Positions 34,470 through 47,934 of a DNA stretch of 64,000 nucleotides are shown here, piece by piece; the stretch's first letter is position 1; each line of letters starts with the position of its first letter. The DNA lies in NCBI RefSeq assembly GCF_030144855.1, contig NC_082712.1, positions 12,896,001-12,960,000 on the forward strand, in the 5' to 3' direction. The DNA comes from Hypanus sabinus. Taxonomy: Eukaryota. A program made the translations under genes and the position numbers. The notes beneath the pieces are model-generated. The model made no database searches. It was not told where the DNA came from and saw only the letters and a program-made list of their open reading frames with translations.

Positions 34470-34680
34470 AGATAGCAGTTAGTGAAACACTATTACACAG
34501 CCAGTAAGCCAGATTCAATTCCCATCACTGTCTGTAAGGAGTTTGTATGTTCTCCCTGTGTCTACATGGGTTTCCTCCGGGTGCACCGGTTTCCTCCCAC
34601 AGTCTAAAGACATCTGGGTTGGCAGGTTAATTGGTCACAGTCAGGCCCGTTACCATGCTATATCTCTGACTAAATGAATC
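34470..34680 (+). mobile_element. V-SINE-like tRNA-derived SINE
   Basis: gggtttcctccgggtgcaccggtttcctcccaca core. Related fragments at about 12520, 18200, 42130, 43050 and 57150. Confidence 0.6.
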
Positions 34681-35890
34681 AATATTTATCTCGGACTTGG
34701 GAAGTTTCTCGTACAGACAGCAAGGTCGCAGTCCAACTGCACAGCAAGCTCCCACAATCTCTTGTGAGGCTCTCTGAGTTAAAAGATTACTTTTCATTTG
34801 TGAATAAAGACTTTGCTATTTCCCATTGACAGTTTCCGTGCAGTCACAACGGTCTGGAGTTTGACATTCAGATTCAGACACAGTGAATGTGTCGTCTGCG
34901 TCAGTGACCAGCACAGTCTGAGGACGTGCTGGGGGCAGCCCGCAAGTATCACCATGCTTGTGTTGCCAAAATCGCCAACCCGTAACTTACTAACCATGTC
35001 CCATACGTCCCTCGAATGAAAAACCTGCTTGCAGTAGCGTCTCAGGCACGTGGGAAAGACAGGACACTGAACATATTTTCTACAAAACAAGAAGAGTACA
35101 GACTGTGTGTAACAAGAGCTTTGTGAAATGACACAAACAGGGAAGAGTCTATGACAGTGTAAGACGTACTCTGTGGTGTTCTGTGATGACACAGGGTTAC
35201 ACATCAGTGGATTGTCACCAAACACAGGACACTTGGGAAGAGAGGGTCTCACTGGGTGGTGACACAAGACTGGGGCTCCCTTCCAACCTCTACAGCTCTC
35301 GCACCGTAAAACAGGAGGCAAATGTCAGCATCACACACTCCCAGGGTCAGACACAGAGAGAAGCTCCCCCTACACTCTCCCATCACACACTCCCGGGGTC
35401 AGACACAGAGAGAAACTCCCTCTACACTGTCTCATCACACACTTCCGGGGTCAGACACAGAGAGAAACTCCTTCTACACTGTCTTATCACACACATCCGG
35501 GGTCAGACACAGAGTGAAGCTCCCTCTACACTGTCCCATCACTCACTCCCGGGGTCAGACACAGAGAAACTCCCTCTCCACTGTCCCATCACTCACTCCC
35601 GGGGTCAGACACAGAGTGAAACTCCCTCTGCAATTTCCCATCACACACTCCCAGGGTCAGACACAGAGTGAAAACTCCCTCTACACTGTCCCATCGCCCA
35701 CTCCCAGGATCAGACACAGAGTGATGCTCCCTCACTGTCCCATCACACACTCCCAGGGTCAGACACAGAGTGAAGCCCCCTCTACACTGTCCCATCACAC
35801 ACTCCCAGGGTCAGACACAGAGAGAAACTCCCTCTACACTGTCCCATCACACGCTCCCAGGGTCAGACATAGAGTGAAGCTCCCTCTACA

Positions 35891-38800
35891 TTTTGGAGAA
35901 TAATTATATTGGAGAATAAAGTTGCAACTTTTTCTGTGTGGCCAGAACTATGTGACCAGCCTTGTGTTTGCTATTTACTATGTATCCAATTTATTATCCA
36001 GAATGTAATCTCTGTATTGTCTCTGTAGTATTGAATACATCAGTGCCTTGAGAATGTAGCTAACAGTGAAAGTAAGCATGTAGAGACGGGATCGTGCGAT
36101 GGTGTGATGGTACGGGGACCAGTCAAGGCCGGGAAGGGGGACACATGTTCCAAGGGGTAGACTAGACAGGATCGTGTGATGGTGTGATGGTGTGAGAACC
36201 AGTCAAGGCACTAGAACAAGTACATGCTAATGCGACTAAGATAAGAAATTACTATAAAGAATACTGTGAACTAATGCTCAGCAGACAATTAGTGACACGC
36301 TCATTAATCGCCTCAGCTTTTGTTTGCAAATAAAGGCTTAAACTTCTCAAAGAATTTTCTGCATCTCCTGGTTCTTTCAAGAAACCATGACATACGCTGT
36401 TCCATCACACTCCCAGGATCAGACACAGAGTAAATCTCCCTCCACACTGTCCCATCACACACTCCCAGGACCTGAAAGAGACTCGTGGAAAGGGAATGGC
36501 AGATTGTGGACACTTCCCGGTCCTCTCGGGACCCCCATAGGGTTAACAGAATTAAGGGTGCACCCAAAAAAAAGGTAAGCACTTGCGACAATTTGGACTA
36601 AGAATTCTGTTGGTTTTGGGGAGGTCTCGGAGTCTCAGAAGTGTGGAACCACTGCTGAAGGGTCTCTCCGGTCCAAAGAATCTGGCAGAATTGGGGGTTA
36701 ACAGGAGGCTCGGAGGATTGATCGAGAACACTGCAGTGTGGGTAAGTACGAATAAGCTAATAAAGAGTTAAGTGAAGAAAAATTCCACGTGGTATTGGTA
36801 AGTCCCTGTGGATACCGCTTCGTACGAAATGAAGGTCTGAATGGGCAGGGAAAGGAAAATAGAGAAAATCCTCGTGGATACCGCCTTAAGAGATAAGGGT
36901 CTGAATAGACGAGGTGCAAAGAGAAAGTTCTGTGGATACTGCTCTAGGTAGAGGTCTGCATGGGCAGAATGGCATAGGAAGCAAGGACAGTCTGATAAAT
37001 AGTTTAAAGCGCTGGTCGATAGACAATAGACTAGGCATAGAATTAGAGTAAATTGTATTATCCAGTCAACGAACAGTGAATCTCTGAAATACCTTAAAAG
37101 AGAGAACAACATGACAGATAAAGGAATGGCAGTAGAGATTCTGAGCAAAAAGTTCCCAGTAGTAAAAATGAGATCACAAAAACTTCAGAAAAATGCGAAA
37201 AAAGAACCAAGAACCTGGTCACAAAATGGCCAAGAGAAGGAATGTTTGATGTAAGTTTGTGTGAAGAAATGGAGGCGCTAATTAAAAATTACAAACCAAA
37301 AGATAAATCTAAGAAAAGAAAAGAGGACGTGAAATGGAAGTGCTAAAACTCTTCAGAACAGAGGGAAAGAGGCTGAGGAGGACAGGTAGAATAATGATTA
37401 CAAGCGAGGAAGACATTAAGGTGCTGGAGAAACAGCCTGTTAGACAGAAAGAGTGGTACAGTGAGAAGCTGGCTTCAGCGCCATACCCGGATGTGAAAGC
37501 AGCAGAAAGGCCTCCTCCCTATAATGAGGAAGGAACCCCTAAGCAGTGCCCCCTGCTGACGGGAACAGTGAACATGCAGGGAGAAGTTACAATCGACAAT
37601 AGACAATAGGTGCAGAAGTAGACCATTCAGCCCTTTGAGCCTGCACCGCCATTTTGAGATTATGGCTGATCAACTACTATCAATACCCAGTTCCTGCCTT
37701 GTCCCCATATCCCTTGATTCCCCCAATACATAACATACCTATCTAGCTCCTTCTTGAAAGCATCCAGAGAATTGGCCTCCACTACCTTCCGAGGCAGTGC
37801 ATTCCACACCCCCACAACTCTCTGGGAGAAGAAGTTTTTCCTTAACTCTGTCCTAAATGACCTACCCCTTATTCTCAAACCATGCCCTCTGGTACTGGAC
37901 TCTCCCAGCATCTGGAACATATTTCCTGCCTCTATCTTGTCCAATCCCTTAATAATCTTATATGTTTCAATCAGATCTCCTCTCAATCTCCTTAATTCCA
38001 GTGTGTACAAGCCCAGTCTCTCTAACCTCTCTGCGTAAGACAGTCCAGACATCCCAGGAATTAACCTCATGAATCTACGCTGCACTTCCTCTTCCTTAAC
38101 CCTGGAGACCAAAACTGTACACAATTCTCCAGGTGTGGTCTCACCAGGGCTCTGTCCAAATGCAAGAGGATTTCCTTTCTCTTGTATTCAATTCCCTTTG
38201 TAATAAAGGCCAACATTCCATTAGCCTTCCTCACTGCCTGCTGCATTTGCTCATTCACCTTCAGTGACTGATGAACAAGGACTCCTAGATCTCTTTGTAT
38301 ATCTCCCTTACCTAACTCTACACCATTCAGATAATAATCTGCCTTCCTGTTCTTACTCCCAAAGTGGATAACCTCACACTTATTCACATTAAACGCCATC
38401 TGCCAAGTATCTGCCCACTCACCAAGTCACCCTGAATTCTCCTAACATCCTCATCACATGTCACACTGCCACCCTGCTTAGTATCATCAGCAAATTTGCT
38501 GATGTTATTTTCAATGCCTTCATCCAAATCGTTGACGTAAATTGTAAACAGCTGTGGTCCCAATACCGAGCCCAGTGGCACCCCACTAGTCACCACCTGC
38601 CATTCCGAGAAACACCCATTCACCACTACCCTTTGCTTTCTATCTGCCAACCAGTTTTCTATCCATGCCAATGTCTTCCCCCGATGCCCTGAGCTTTGAT
38701 TTTACCCACCAATCGCCTAGGTGGGACCTTATCAAATGCCTTCTGAAAATCGAGGTACACTACATCCACTGGATCTCCCCCATCTAACTTGCTGGTTACA

Positions 38801-41063
38801 TCCTCGAAAAACTCCAACAGATTAGTCAAGCATGATTTACCCTTGCTAAATCCATGCTGGCTTGGCCCAATCCTATCACTGCTATCTAGATATGCCACTA
38901 TTTCATCCTTAATAAAGGACTCTAGCATCTTCCCCACCACTGATGTCAGGCTGACAGGTTGATAGTTCTCTGTTTTCTCCCTCCCTCCTTTCTTAAAAAG
39001 TGGGATAACATTAGCCATTCTCCAATCCTCAGGAACTGATCCTGAATCTAAGGAACTTTGGAAAATGATTACCATTGCCTCCGCAATTTCCAGGGCCACC
39101 TCCTTTAGTACCCTAGGATGCAGACCATCTGGACCTGGGGATTTGTCAGCCTTCAGTCCCATCAGTCATCTCATCACCGTTTCCTTCCTAATGTCAATCT
39201 GTTTCATTTCCTCTGTTACCCTATGTCCTTGGCCCATCCATACATCTGGGAGATTGCTTTTGTCTTCCTTAGTGAAAACAAATCTAAAGTACTCATTAAA
39301 TTCTTCCGCCATTTCTCTGTTTCCCTTAACAATTTCACCCAATTCATTCTTCAAGGGCCCAACTTTGTTCTTAACTGTCTTCTTTCTCTTCACATACCTA
39401 AAAAAGCTTTTGCTATCTTCCTTTATATTCCTGGCTAGCTTGCATTTATACCTCATTTTTTCTCCCTGTATTGTCTTTTTAGTTAAGTTCTGTTGTTCCT
39501 TAAAAACTTCCCAATCATCTGTTCTCCCACTCACCTTAGCTCTGTCATACTTCCTTTTTTTTATTGCTATACAATCTCTGACTTCCTTTGTCAAACACTT
39601 TGGCCCCTTTCCTCCCTTTGAATCCTTCCTTCTTTGGGGGATGAACTGATGTTGCACCTTGTGCATTATTCCCAAAAATACCTGCCCATTGCTGTTCCAC
39701 TGTCTTTTCTGCTAGGCTATCCTTCCAGTCAACTTTGGCCAGCTCCTCCCTCATGGCTCCATAGTTTCCCCTGTTTAACTGCAACACTGGCACCTCCGAG
39801 CTGCCCTTATCCTTCTCAAATTGCAGATAAAAACCTATCATATTATGATCACTACCTCCTAATGGCTCCTTTACTGCAGGATCGCTTATCAAATCCTATT
39901 CATTACATAACACTAAATGCAGAATAGTCTTGTCCCTGGTCGGCTCTCGTACAAGCTGTTCCAAGAATGTATCCCGTAGGCACTCTACAAACTCCCTATC
40001 CTGTGGTCCAGCACCAACCTGATTCTCCCAGTTCACCTGCATGTTGAAATCCCCCATAACTACTGCGACATTACCTTTGCCACATGCCAATGTTAACTCC
40101 CTATTCAACTTGCTGAGAGGGAATTGCCAGAGGAGATGTGAAAAGTACTCCGGGGCCGACCAAGTATTGAAGCAGGACAGAAAGGAAGGACTCCACAGGG
40201 AGACTGAGGGAAGAAGAGGACCCCGGAGAAATTTGTGTGTGAGGCAGTAAAGACATACCCAGAGACGGATGGGGAGTCAGGCGAGGAGGAGAGCCAGGGT
40301 AGGTGGGAAGAAGGAGGAAGAATTAGGCCGTTGTTGGTAAAAGGATCAGGACAAGTGCAGTATATCCCTTGGGGAACCCAGGGCCTAGAAGGGCTGAAAA
40401 ACACTCTGCCCAGTCTACACGAAGGGGCAGGGAAACGGATTAGAGCCTTTGAAGAAGAAATGGCGGGACGATTACTGGCTATGAGAGATTTAAAGGCACT
40501 ATTGATAAGGCTGATGGGAACCTCCAAATTTAATGAACTAATGGAAATGGCTGGCATAATAAACTCGAACGACCCAAGAACTGACAGAGACGGGTTTGAC
40601 AGAATGAGGCAGAGGGTATGGCAGGCAACGTTTGCTGTATGGCCAGAACTATGTGATCAGCCTTGTGTTTGCTATTTAATATGTATCCAATTTATTAGCC
40701 AGAATGTAATCTCTGTATTGTCTCTGTACTATTGAATGCATCAGTGCTTTGAGAATGTAGCTAACAGTGAAAGTAAACTCAGTGCCTTAAGAATGTAGCT
40801 AACAGTGAAAGTAGGCATGTAGAGATAACTGTGGTAGACAGGATCCTGCGATGGTGTGATGGTGTGAGAACCAGTCAAGCATTAGAACAAGTACACGCTA
40901 ATGCGACTAAGATAAGAAATTACTATAAAGAATGCTGTGAACTACTGCTCGGCGGACAATTAGTGACACGCTCATTAATCGTCTCAGCTTTTGTTTGCAA
41001 ATAAAGGCTTAAATTTCTCGAAGAATTTTCTGCGTCTCCTGGTTATTTCAAGAAACTACGACA
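35891..41063 (+). mobile_element. Deleted ERV provirus: LTR 35891-36392, leader/gag fragments about 36470-37590 and 40114-40625, partial LTR about 40625-41063
   Basis: Two similar LTR copies ending in ..GACA, with TATAAA (36253) and AATAAA (36329); TACA flanks at 35887 and 41064. Gag-like KWPREGMF and PLLVKGSGQVQYIPW; donor-like aag|gtaagc near 36573. Confidence 0.75.
37589..40113 (-). mobile_element. 5'-truncated CR1 LINE nested in ERV gag
   Basis: Serial ORF2 fragments (EPTRDKTILHLVLCN, KSPGPDGLHPRVLKE, QHGFSKGKSCLTN, KFADDTK, RPHLENCVQFW); (acaatag)n tail on the + strand. Confidence 0.9.
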
Positions 41064-43736
41064 TACACTGTTCCATCACACTCCCAGGATCAGACACAGA
41101 GTGAAGCTCCCTCCACTTTGTCCCCATCACACACCCCCAGGGTCAGATACAGAGTGAAACTCTCTCACTGTCCCATCACACACTCCCAGGATCAGACACA
41201 GAGTGAAGCTCCCTCTACACTGTCCCATCACACACTCCTGGGGTCAGACACAGGGTGAAGCTCCCTCTGCAATTTCCCATGTCTCAATGCTGCCCTCTGC
41301 TGTCCAATTGATGTATGGCTAATTTATGTTCCCTCTGAACCCCATTCAAAGGTTTAAAGGTTTATTTTATTATCAAAGTATGTGGGCAGAATACAACTCT
41401 GAGACTTGTCTTCTCCAGATAGCTGTAAAATACAGAAAACCATTGAAGTAGTTGATAGAAAGACATCAATCCTCCTGCACAAAAAGAAAAAGAAACAAAA
41501 ACTTGCAAACCCCACCCCCCATATTCCTTCTCCACAAAACCATTTACCTTCTTACCAATTAAAAACCTTTCAATCTCTGCATTAAATATGTCCAATGACT
41601 TGACCTCCACAGCCATCTAGGACAATGAATTCCACAGATTCACCATCCTCCGGCTAAAGGAATTTCTCCTCATCTCTGTTCGAAATGGACGTCCATGTAT
41701 TGCGAAGTTGTGCTCTCTGGTTGCAGACTCCCCATGACAGGAAACATCCTCCTTACGCTCACTCTACCTCAATGAGATCCCCTCCTCTTTCTTCTAAACT
41801 GTCCAGCCAGTACAGCCCTGGAGTCATTAACCCTTTCTTTCCCGGATCATCCTGCCACTTTCTCCTGTGTGCGTGGGATTTTGCTGAGTTGGAGAGTTGG
41901 TGGCTGGGAATAATTCTGTACACAATTTCCACACCTCTTACTGAACGAGGAGTCAAAATGTCTTCACCCACAGGGGAGTGACTACCTGAGAGGTTTGGAG
42001 GCCCAGCCACTCGACGTGTTAAAGACAGGGATTGATAGACACAGGCGAATCCTGTTATTTTGTTATTCAGAGAGACTGCAAAATAACAGGACCTTCTGGC
42101 CCAACAAGCCCACGCCCACAATTACACCTTGTGACCAATTAACACACTAACCCCGACGTCTTTGGAATGTGGGAGGAAACCCACAAGGGGAACGTACAAA
42201 CTGTGGTGGGGACTGAAACATGATTGCCAGTGATCTGCTAACCACTACATTGCCATGCTGACCCTACCATGCCAATTCTACCATACTGACCCTACCGTGC
42301 CAACATAACTGTGCCATACCAGCCTACACAGAGCAACACACAAAATGCTGGAGGAACTCAGCAGGTTAGGCAGCATCTATGGAAATGAATAAACAGTTGA
42401 ACTCTCAGGACTGGATAGGAAGGGGGAATCCTTCGATAGAACTGGAAAGGAAGGGGGACAAACCCAGAGTAAAAAGGTGGGGGAAATGAAAGTTTGTAGG
42501 TGACAACAGGGACCCACCTTCTCTCTCACCTGACCTGCTGAGACCCTCAAGCACTCTGAGGGGGTTTGATAGATTGTCGATGTTATAGCTTATGAGAAAT
42601 GGAGTTAGTGCAGTAAAGTTATCACCAAGGTAAAAAGTTTGTCCGTGTTCTCAGTGGAGTGACAGAGCAAATGTGATGGGCTGAATGGCCTCTTATCTCT
42701 TGTGTCCCTCATATTCTATCTGAGTACTGGAGTTGCCAATAGCTTTGGACAGTCCAGTTCATGACACAAACAGCCTCCCCTCATTTGACTCCATCCACAC
42801 TCCCGGCTACTCAGTAAAGCACCACCCACCCAGGCCATTCCCTATTCTCCTCTCGCCCATTGAGAAGAAAATACAAAGGTCTGAAAGCATGTACCATAGG
42901 CTTAAGGACAGCCCACTGTTACCAAACTCTTGAACAGACCTCTCTTACACTGAGGATGATATCACTTTATAAAATTTATTTTGAGATACGGCACAGTAAC
43001 AGGCCCCTCCAGCCCTACAAGCTCACGTGGTCCATGTACACCCATGTGACTAATTAACCTACTAACCCGAAAATCTTCAGAATGTGGGAGGAAACCGGAG
43101 CACACAAGGAAGCACACAAGAATTGTGTATTTAGTGTTTCAGTAACATTGTAAATATATTGTTTGATTAAGCATTCTTTGTTATTTAAATAATTCATTAT
43201 TGTTTATATGTAAAAGTATGTGAATGGCATATGTCATCACGACACCATGTCATGCGCACCTCGCTTAAAGTGAAAACCAAAGTTAGACTTGTATTCCTGG
43301 CTCTCTTGTTTTCCTTTCAATTAGTTTTATGTTTTGGAGCTACAAAACACACTAATGGGGAGAACTCCTTGCAGACAGCAGCCCAACTGTACTCAGATGA
43401 CTGGCAGTGTAATACTGCTATGCTAACCACTATACTACTGTGTCAACTCCCCCCGCCCCCTCCCCTCCAATAGCTTATATACTTCCTGCATTGTTATTGT
43501 TTTGCCTTGTTCTAACTCAATCAGTGCATAATGAACTGATCAGTGTGAAAGAAAAACTTTTCACTGGATATTGACAATAGCAAACCAATACCAACACTTT
43601 CTCCCCCCCAATCTGACACGGGATCAAAATTCCCTGAATCACCATCCCACCATCCCCTTGTTAAATTCAATCTGCCATTCCCTTGCCCACTATCCTGAGG
43701 TAGGTACCCCCGATCGGCAGTTGGTTCTGCTTGTAC

Positions 43737-43936
43737 NNNNNNNNNNNNNNNNNNNNNNNNNNNNNNNNNNNNNNNNNNNNNNNNNNNNNNNNNNNNNNNN
43801 NNNNNNNNNNNNNNNNNNNNNNNNNNNNNNNNNNNNNNNNNNNNNNNNNNNNNNNNNNNNNNNNNNNNNNNNNNNNNNNNNNNNNNNNNNNNNNNNNNNN
43901 NNNNNNNNNNNNNNNNNNNNNNNNNNNNNNNNNNNN
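43737..43936. other. Assembly gap (200 N)
   Basis: Run of N. Confidence 1.
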
Positions 43937-43939
43937 GAC

Positions 43940-44735
43940 TACCATGTACATCAATTGTTATGTGCTGATGGTGATAACATTCCTGTTTCTCCCCCACCAA
44001 TTTCAGCTGGTTGATATGGTACCACCCACTTTTATCGTGAGAAGTCAGCACTGTGCACTGAAGGGTTTGCTTTGTCTATAATTTCATAGGGCCCTGCGAA
44101 CCTTGGATTTAACAATGAGTGGGTTGGTGTTTCTAATCATCACTCTTTGTCCTGGGTTAAATTCCATGATACTGACTTTTGAGTTAGTCAGCTTTACTCT
44201 GTTGCTTCTTCTTTCCTGTTTGGTAGGCTGCCACATAACTGGCCTCTTTCACTGCCTCTACTAATTGCTGTACCACTTTTCTGAAACATACCCATTGATA
44301 TCAAGTTCTGACAAATCTAATCCGAACAACTCCTCCTTTCATATCCCTTCCGGTCATGAATTTATACGGGATATAACCCGTTGAAGACACCACTGTATTC
44401 CTTATTGTCATCAAGGCACAAGGAAAATCTAATTCTAACTCCTCTAATCCTCTAATGACCCTTCTGCTCAACCCTTGCGGAGTCCTCTGTTAAATCCATA
44501 ACCTTAATCTGTTTTCCCTTCTGCCTTCCAGACTCCCAAGTTGTAGCTGCCATTTCTGCCCAATAAAAGCACCTTGCTTCGCCAATTCATCAGCCTTTCT
44601 ATTTCCCTCAGGAGATGATTTAGAGTGAGACTTCACCTTTATGACTCCATATTATTTTCACTTTGCAACTTCAAATATATATTGTAATAAATCAGCAGAT
44701 GGGAGGGGCCTGCATTAGCTGAAACAACCCCCCTG
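43940..44735 (-). mobile_element. ERV pol remnant: RNase H C-terminus joined by deletion to integrase
   Basis: IKVKSHSKSSPEGNRKADELAKQGA; LMTIRNTVVSSTGYIPYKFMTGR; PRFAGPYEII...GWYHINQLK. Confidence 0.7.
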
Positions 44736-46035
44736 TTGTGTTCAATTTCAGTTTCTCTTGTTTTCCATCTCAACCCCATTCTCCTCCCTTCTCCCCACAA
44801 CCTTTAACTCCTTGACTAAACAGGAACCTATGAAGTTCTGCTTTAAATATGGTCAATGACTTGGCCTCCACAGCTGCCTGTGGAAATGAATTCCACAGAT
44901 TCACGACTCCCAGGCTAAAGAAATTCCTCCTCATCTCTGTTCTAAATTGCCGTCCTTCTATACTGAGGCTGTGCCCTCAGTTCCAAGACTTCCCCAAAAT
45001 TGGAAACATCCTCTCCAGGTCTCTCAGTATTGTATGGGTTTCAGTGAGATCCGCTGCACCCCCCAACATTCTTCTAAACTTCAGTGAGTAGAAGACCAGA
45101 GTTATCAAACACCATAGACAGCACCCTGTCTGGGTGCATTCAGCTTGATGTGGTTATTTTGATGAATGTGTGACAGATAAAGCCAACCTGTAACTTTATC
45201 TTGCACAAGTCACTGATAATTCTGTGTTGTTTTTCCTACCGCAATGAAAGAGGAGATATTTCCAGCTACTTCCTCACTTACCACATCCCTAAAAGAAAAG
45301 TTCAGTCTTTTCAGCTGTGAAATTATTTGGCATTATTTTTATCAACACTCAGACCAAACACAGTCTGTCCGATCTCCCCTCAGACCAAACCCAGTCTGTC
45401 CAATCTCCCTCAGACCAAACCCAGTCTGTCCGATCTCCCCTCAGACCAAACCCAGTCTGTCCGATCTCCCCTCAGACCAAACCCAGTCTGTCCGATCTCC
45501 CCTCAGACCAAACCCGGTCAGTCCGATCTCCCCTCAGACCAAACCCGGTCTGTCCGATCTCCCCTCAGACCAAACCCAGTCTGTCCGATCTCCCCTCAGA
45601 CCAAACCCAGTCTGTCTGATCTCCCCTCAGACCAAACCCAGTCTGTCCGATCTCCCTCAGACCAAACCCAGTCTGTCCGATCTCCCCCAGACCAAACCCA
45701 GTCTGTCCGATCTCCCCTCAGACCAAACCCAGTCTGTCCGATCTCCCTCAGACCAAACCCAGTCTGTCTGATCTCCCCTCAGATCAAACCCAGTCTGTCC
45801 GATCTCCCTCAGACCAAACCCAGTCTGTCCGATCTCCCCTCAGACCAAACCCAGTCTGTCCGATCTCCCCTCAGACCAAACCCAGTCTGTCCGATCTTCA
45901 CTCAGAACAAACCCAGTCTCTGTGATCTCTCCACAGTCTCTCATCAGTACAAACTCACTCTCTAAAAACACCTCAATCACTCCAGAAAACAAAGCCAGTC
46001 TCTGTCTGATCTCACCTCAGAGCAAACCCAGTCCC
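44733..46035 (+). repeat. Duplication copy U3 with minisatellite at about 45348-45925
   Basis: LTR remnant fused at a tttt microhomology to the CR1 fragment, then Y and the 31-bp array. Confidence 0.9.
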
Positions 46036-46039
46036 AAGG

Positions 46040-47352
46040 GGGGAGGGCGGGATGTGAATATGGAGGTAGTGATTGGCATGATTTAGCAGATGAAGCTACT
46101 AGATATGGTTTTGATAATTATAAAATACCATTTCCTGAGGATCTACAGTGAGACGGTGGGGACTGAAGAACGCAATATTGACTGCTATGGGTTTTAACAG
46201 AGGGGACCCAGTCAACGCACTAAACACAATTTACCGGAGGAGAGGTGAACATCCCACTGCATTTGCATCCCATTTATAGACTGTGTTCCAAGGAGTGTAG
46301 GAACAGTAGTAGAGTGTGGCCATTTAGATGGTTGTGGATACTGGCACTATACCGTTGAATCTAAAAAGGCACTGGAAATGTTTGATCCTTCTGAACCGAC
46401 ACATGCTGAGGCACGGTCACTGAGGAAAATGTGTAGAGCGAGGGAAAAGGAGACACAGAGACCATCTAAACTCCCTAATGGGAAGGGAAGGTGATGTCTG
46501 TTAAAATTCAGGCACCTGCCTGGAGAAATAAGGGTAGGGGACCCACCCCGAGGGCCTCACTGCCACACCATCAAGGGGCAAGGAAGGGCAGAGGAAATGG
46601 AACAGGGCCAGGAACAGGGAGAACTGAAGGTGGAGTAATTAAATGCTATAACTGTGGCCAAGAGGGACAGATGAAGAGAGAATGTCCAAACCTGAGACAG
46701 GAAAGAGCAGAACAATGCAGTTTGTCTTTGGAGGTACCAGAAAGATGGAGCCCACAGAATAACATGGTGGAGACACCACCATCCAGGGAATTGTACCCTG
46801 AGTCTGAGTGATGGTGTCAGGCCTCACCAACATGGGTGTGACACAAGGTGGAATGAAACCGGAAGACCTTGAGTGGTTGCTAGGGTCGGAGGCTGCCCTG
46901 TTACCTTTTTATGGGACACTGGATGATCCCGAACCACCGTCAACACCACTAATGTAAATAACGTAAATTGGGAGATACAAGGTAGTGTTATCCTCATTGA
47001 ATTGTCAGACATCCACAAGTGGGACGTGTGAGTGTGCCATTGGAATTAAGGATAGGAGACATAGCATCGAAACATTCAACAGTGCTGGTGGAATTACCCA
47101 GGGAGAGGGAACATATACTGGGGACTGATTACCTGGCCAAAGTGGGACTTTGTTTTGATCCAGTTAATTGTATGATTCCCATAATTGTATTGCTCCATAA
47201 TTCCCCATCTATATTTCACCAGCGCTTAGAGAAAGGTTTAAATGATTTTCAAATCCTGAGTGCTTGATACAGTACATAGAAGATCTATTCCCGCAGATTG
47301 GAATTAAGCAGGAATATTATCAGCTATTGACAGAACTGCTGCAATTATTAGC
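46040..47352 (+). mobile_element. ERV gag-pro-RT remnant, left arm of inverted duplication
   Basis: IKCYNCGQEGQMKRECP (degenerate CCHC), VTFLWDTG (protease), HNSPSIFHQ and LIQYIEDL (YxDD-derived). Confidence 0.75.
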
Positions 47353-47806
47353 AACACAAACAAAATGCTGGAGGAACTCAGCAGGCCAGGCAGCATCTTA
47401 TGGGAAAGAGTACAGTCAACATTTCAGTCCAAAACCCTTCAGTGCGACTGGAGGGAAAAAGCTGAGGAGTAGATTTAAAAGGTGGGGGAGGGAGAGAGAA
47501 ACACTGGGTGAAACCTGGAGGGGAAGGGATGAAGTAAAGAGCTGGGAAGTTGATTGGTGAAAGAGACAGTCTGCCATGGAAGAAAGAAAAAGGGGAAGAA
47601 GCACCAAGGGGAGGCAATGGGTGGGAAAGGAGATATCATGAGAGAGGGAAAAGGGTTGGGAAATGTTGAAGGGGCGGAGGTGTGGGGTATTACTGAAATT
47701 TTGAGAAATCGATGTTCATGCCATCAGGTTGGAGGTGTTAAGGTGTTACTCTTTTCCATAGATACTAACTGGCCTGCTGACTTCCTCCAGCATTTTGTGT
47801 TTGTTC
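47351..47806. mobile_element. Penelope tail fragments at the centre of the inverted duplication
   Basis: gcaacacaaacaaaatgctggaggaactcagcagg at 47351 and its inverted copy ending near 47806. Confidence 0.7.
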
Positions 47807-47934
47807 CTAATAATTGCAGCAGTTCTGTCAATAGCTGATAAAGTTCCTGCTTAGTTCACTCTGCAGGAGTAGATCACATATGTATTGAATCAAACACTTG
47901 GGTTTTGAAAACCATTTAAACCTTTCCCCTAAGC

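Larger units (their letters stand above)
35330..41275. repeat. 52-bp satellite (35330-35890, 36393-36470, 41064-41275) split by an ERV
   Basis: Unit cagacacagagtgaagctccctctacactgtcccatcacacactcccggggt; period 52 at 35348/35400. Confidence 0.92.

Noticed and set aside
35183-35903. ORFs of 162 and 193 aa
   Set aside because: Translations of the 52-bp satellite.
43124-43349. Possible 225-bp solo LTR inside a SINE
   Set aside because: TG...CA ends are plausible but no convincing TSD was found.
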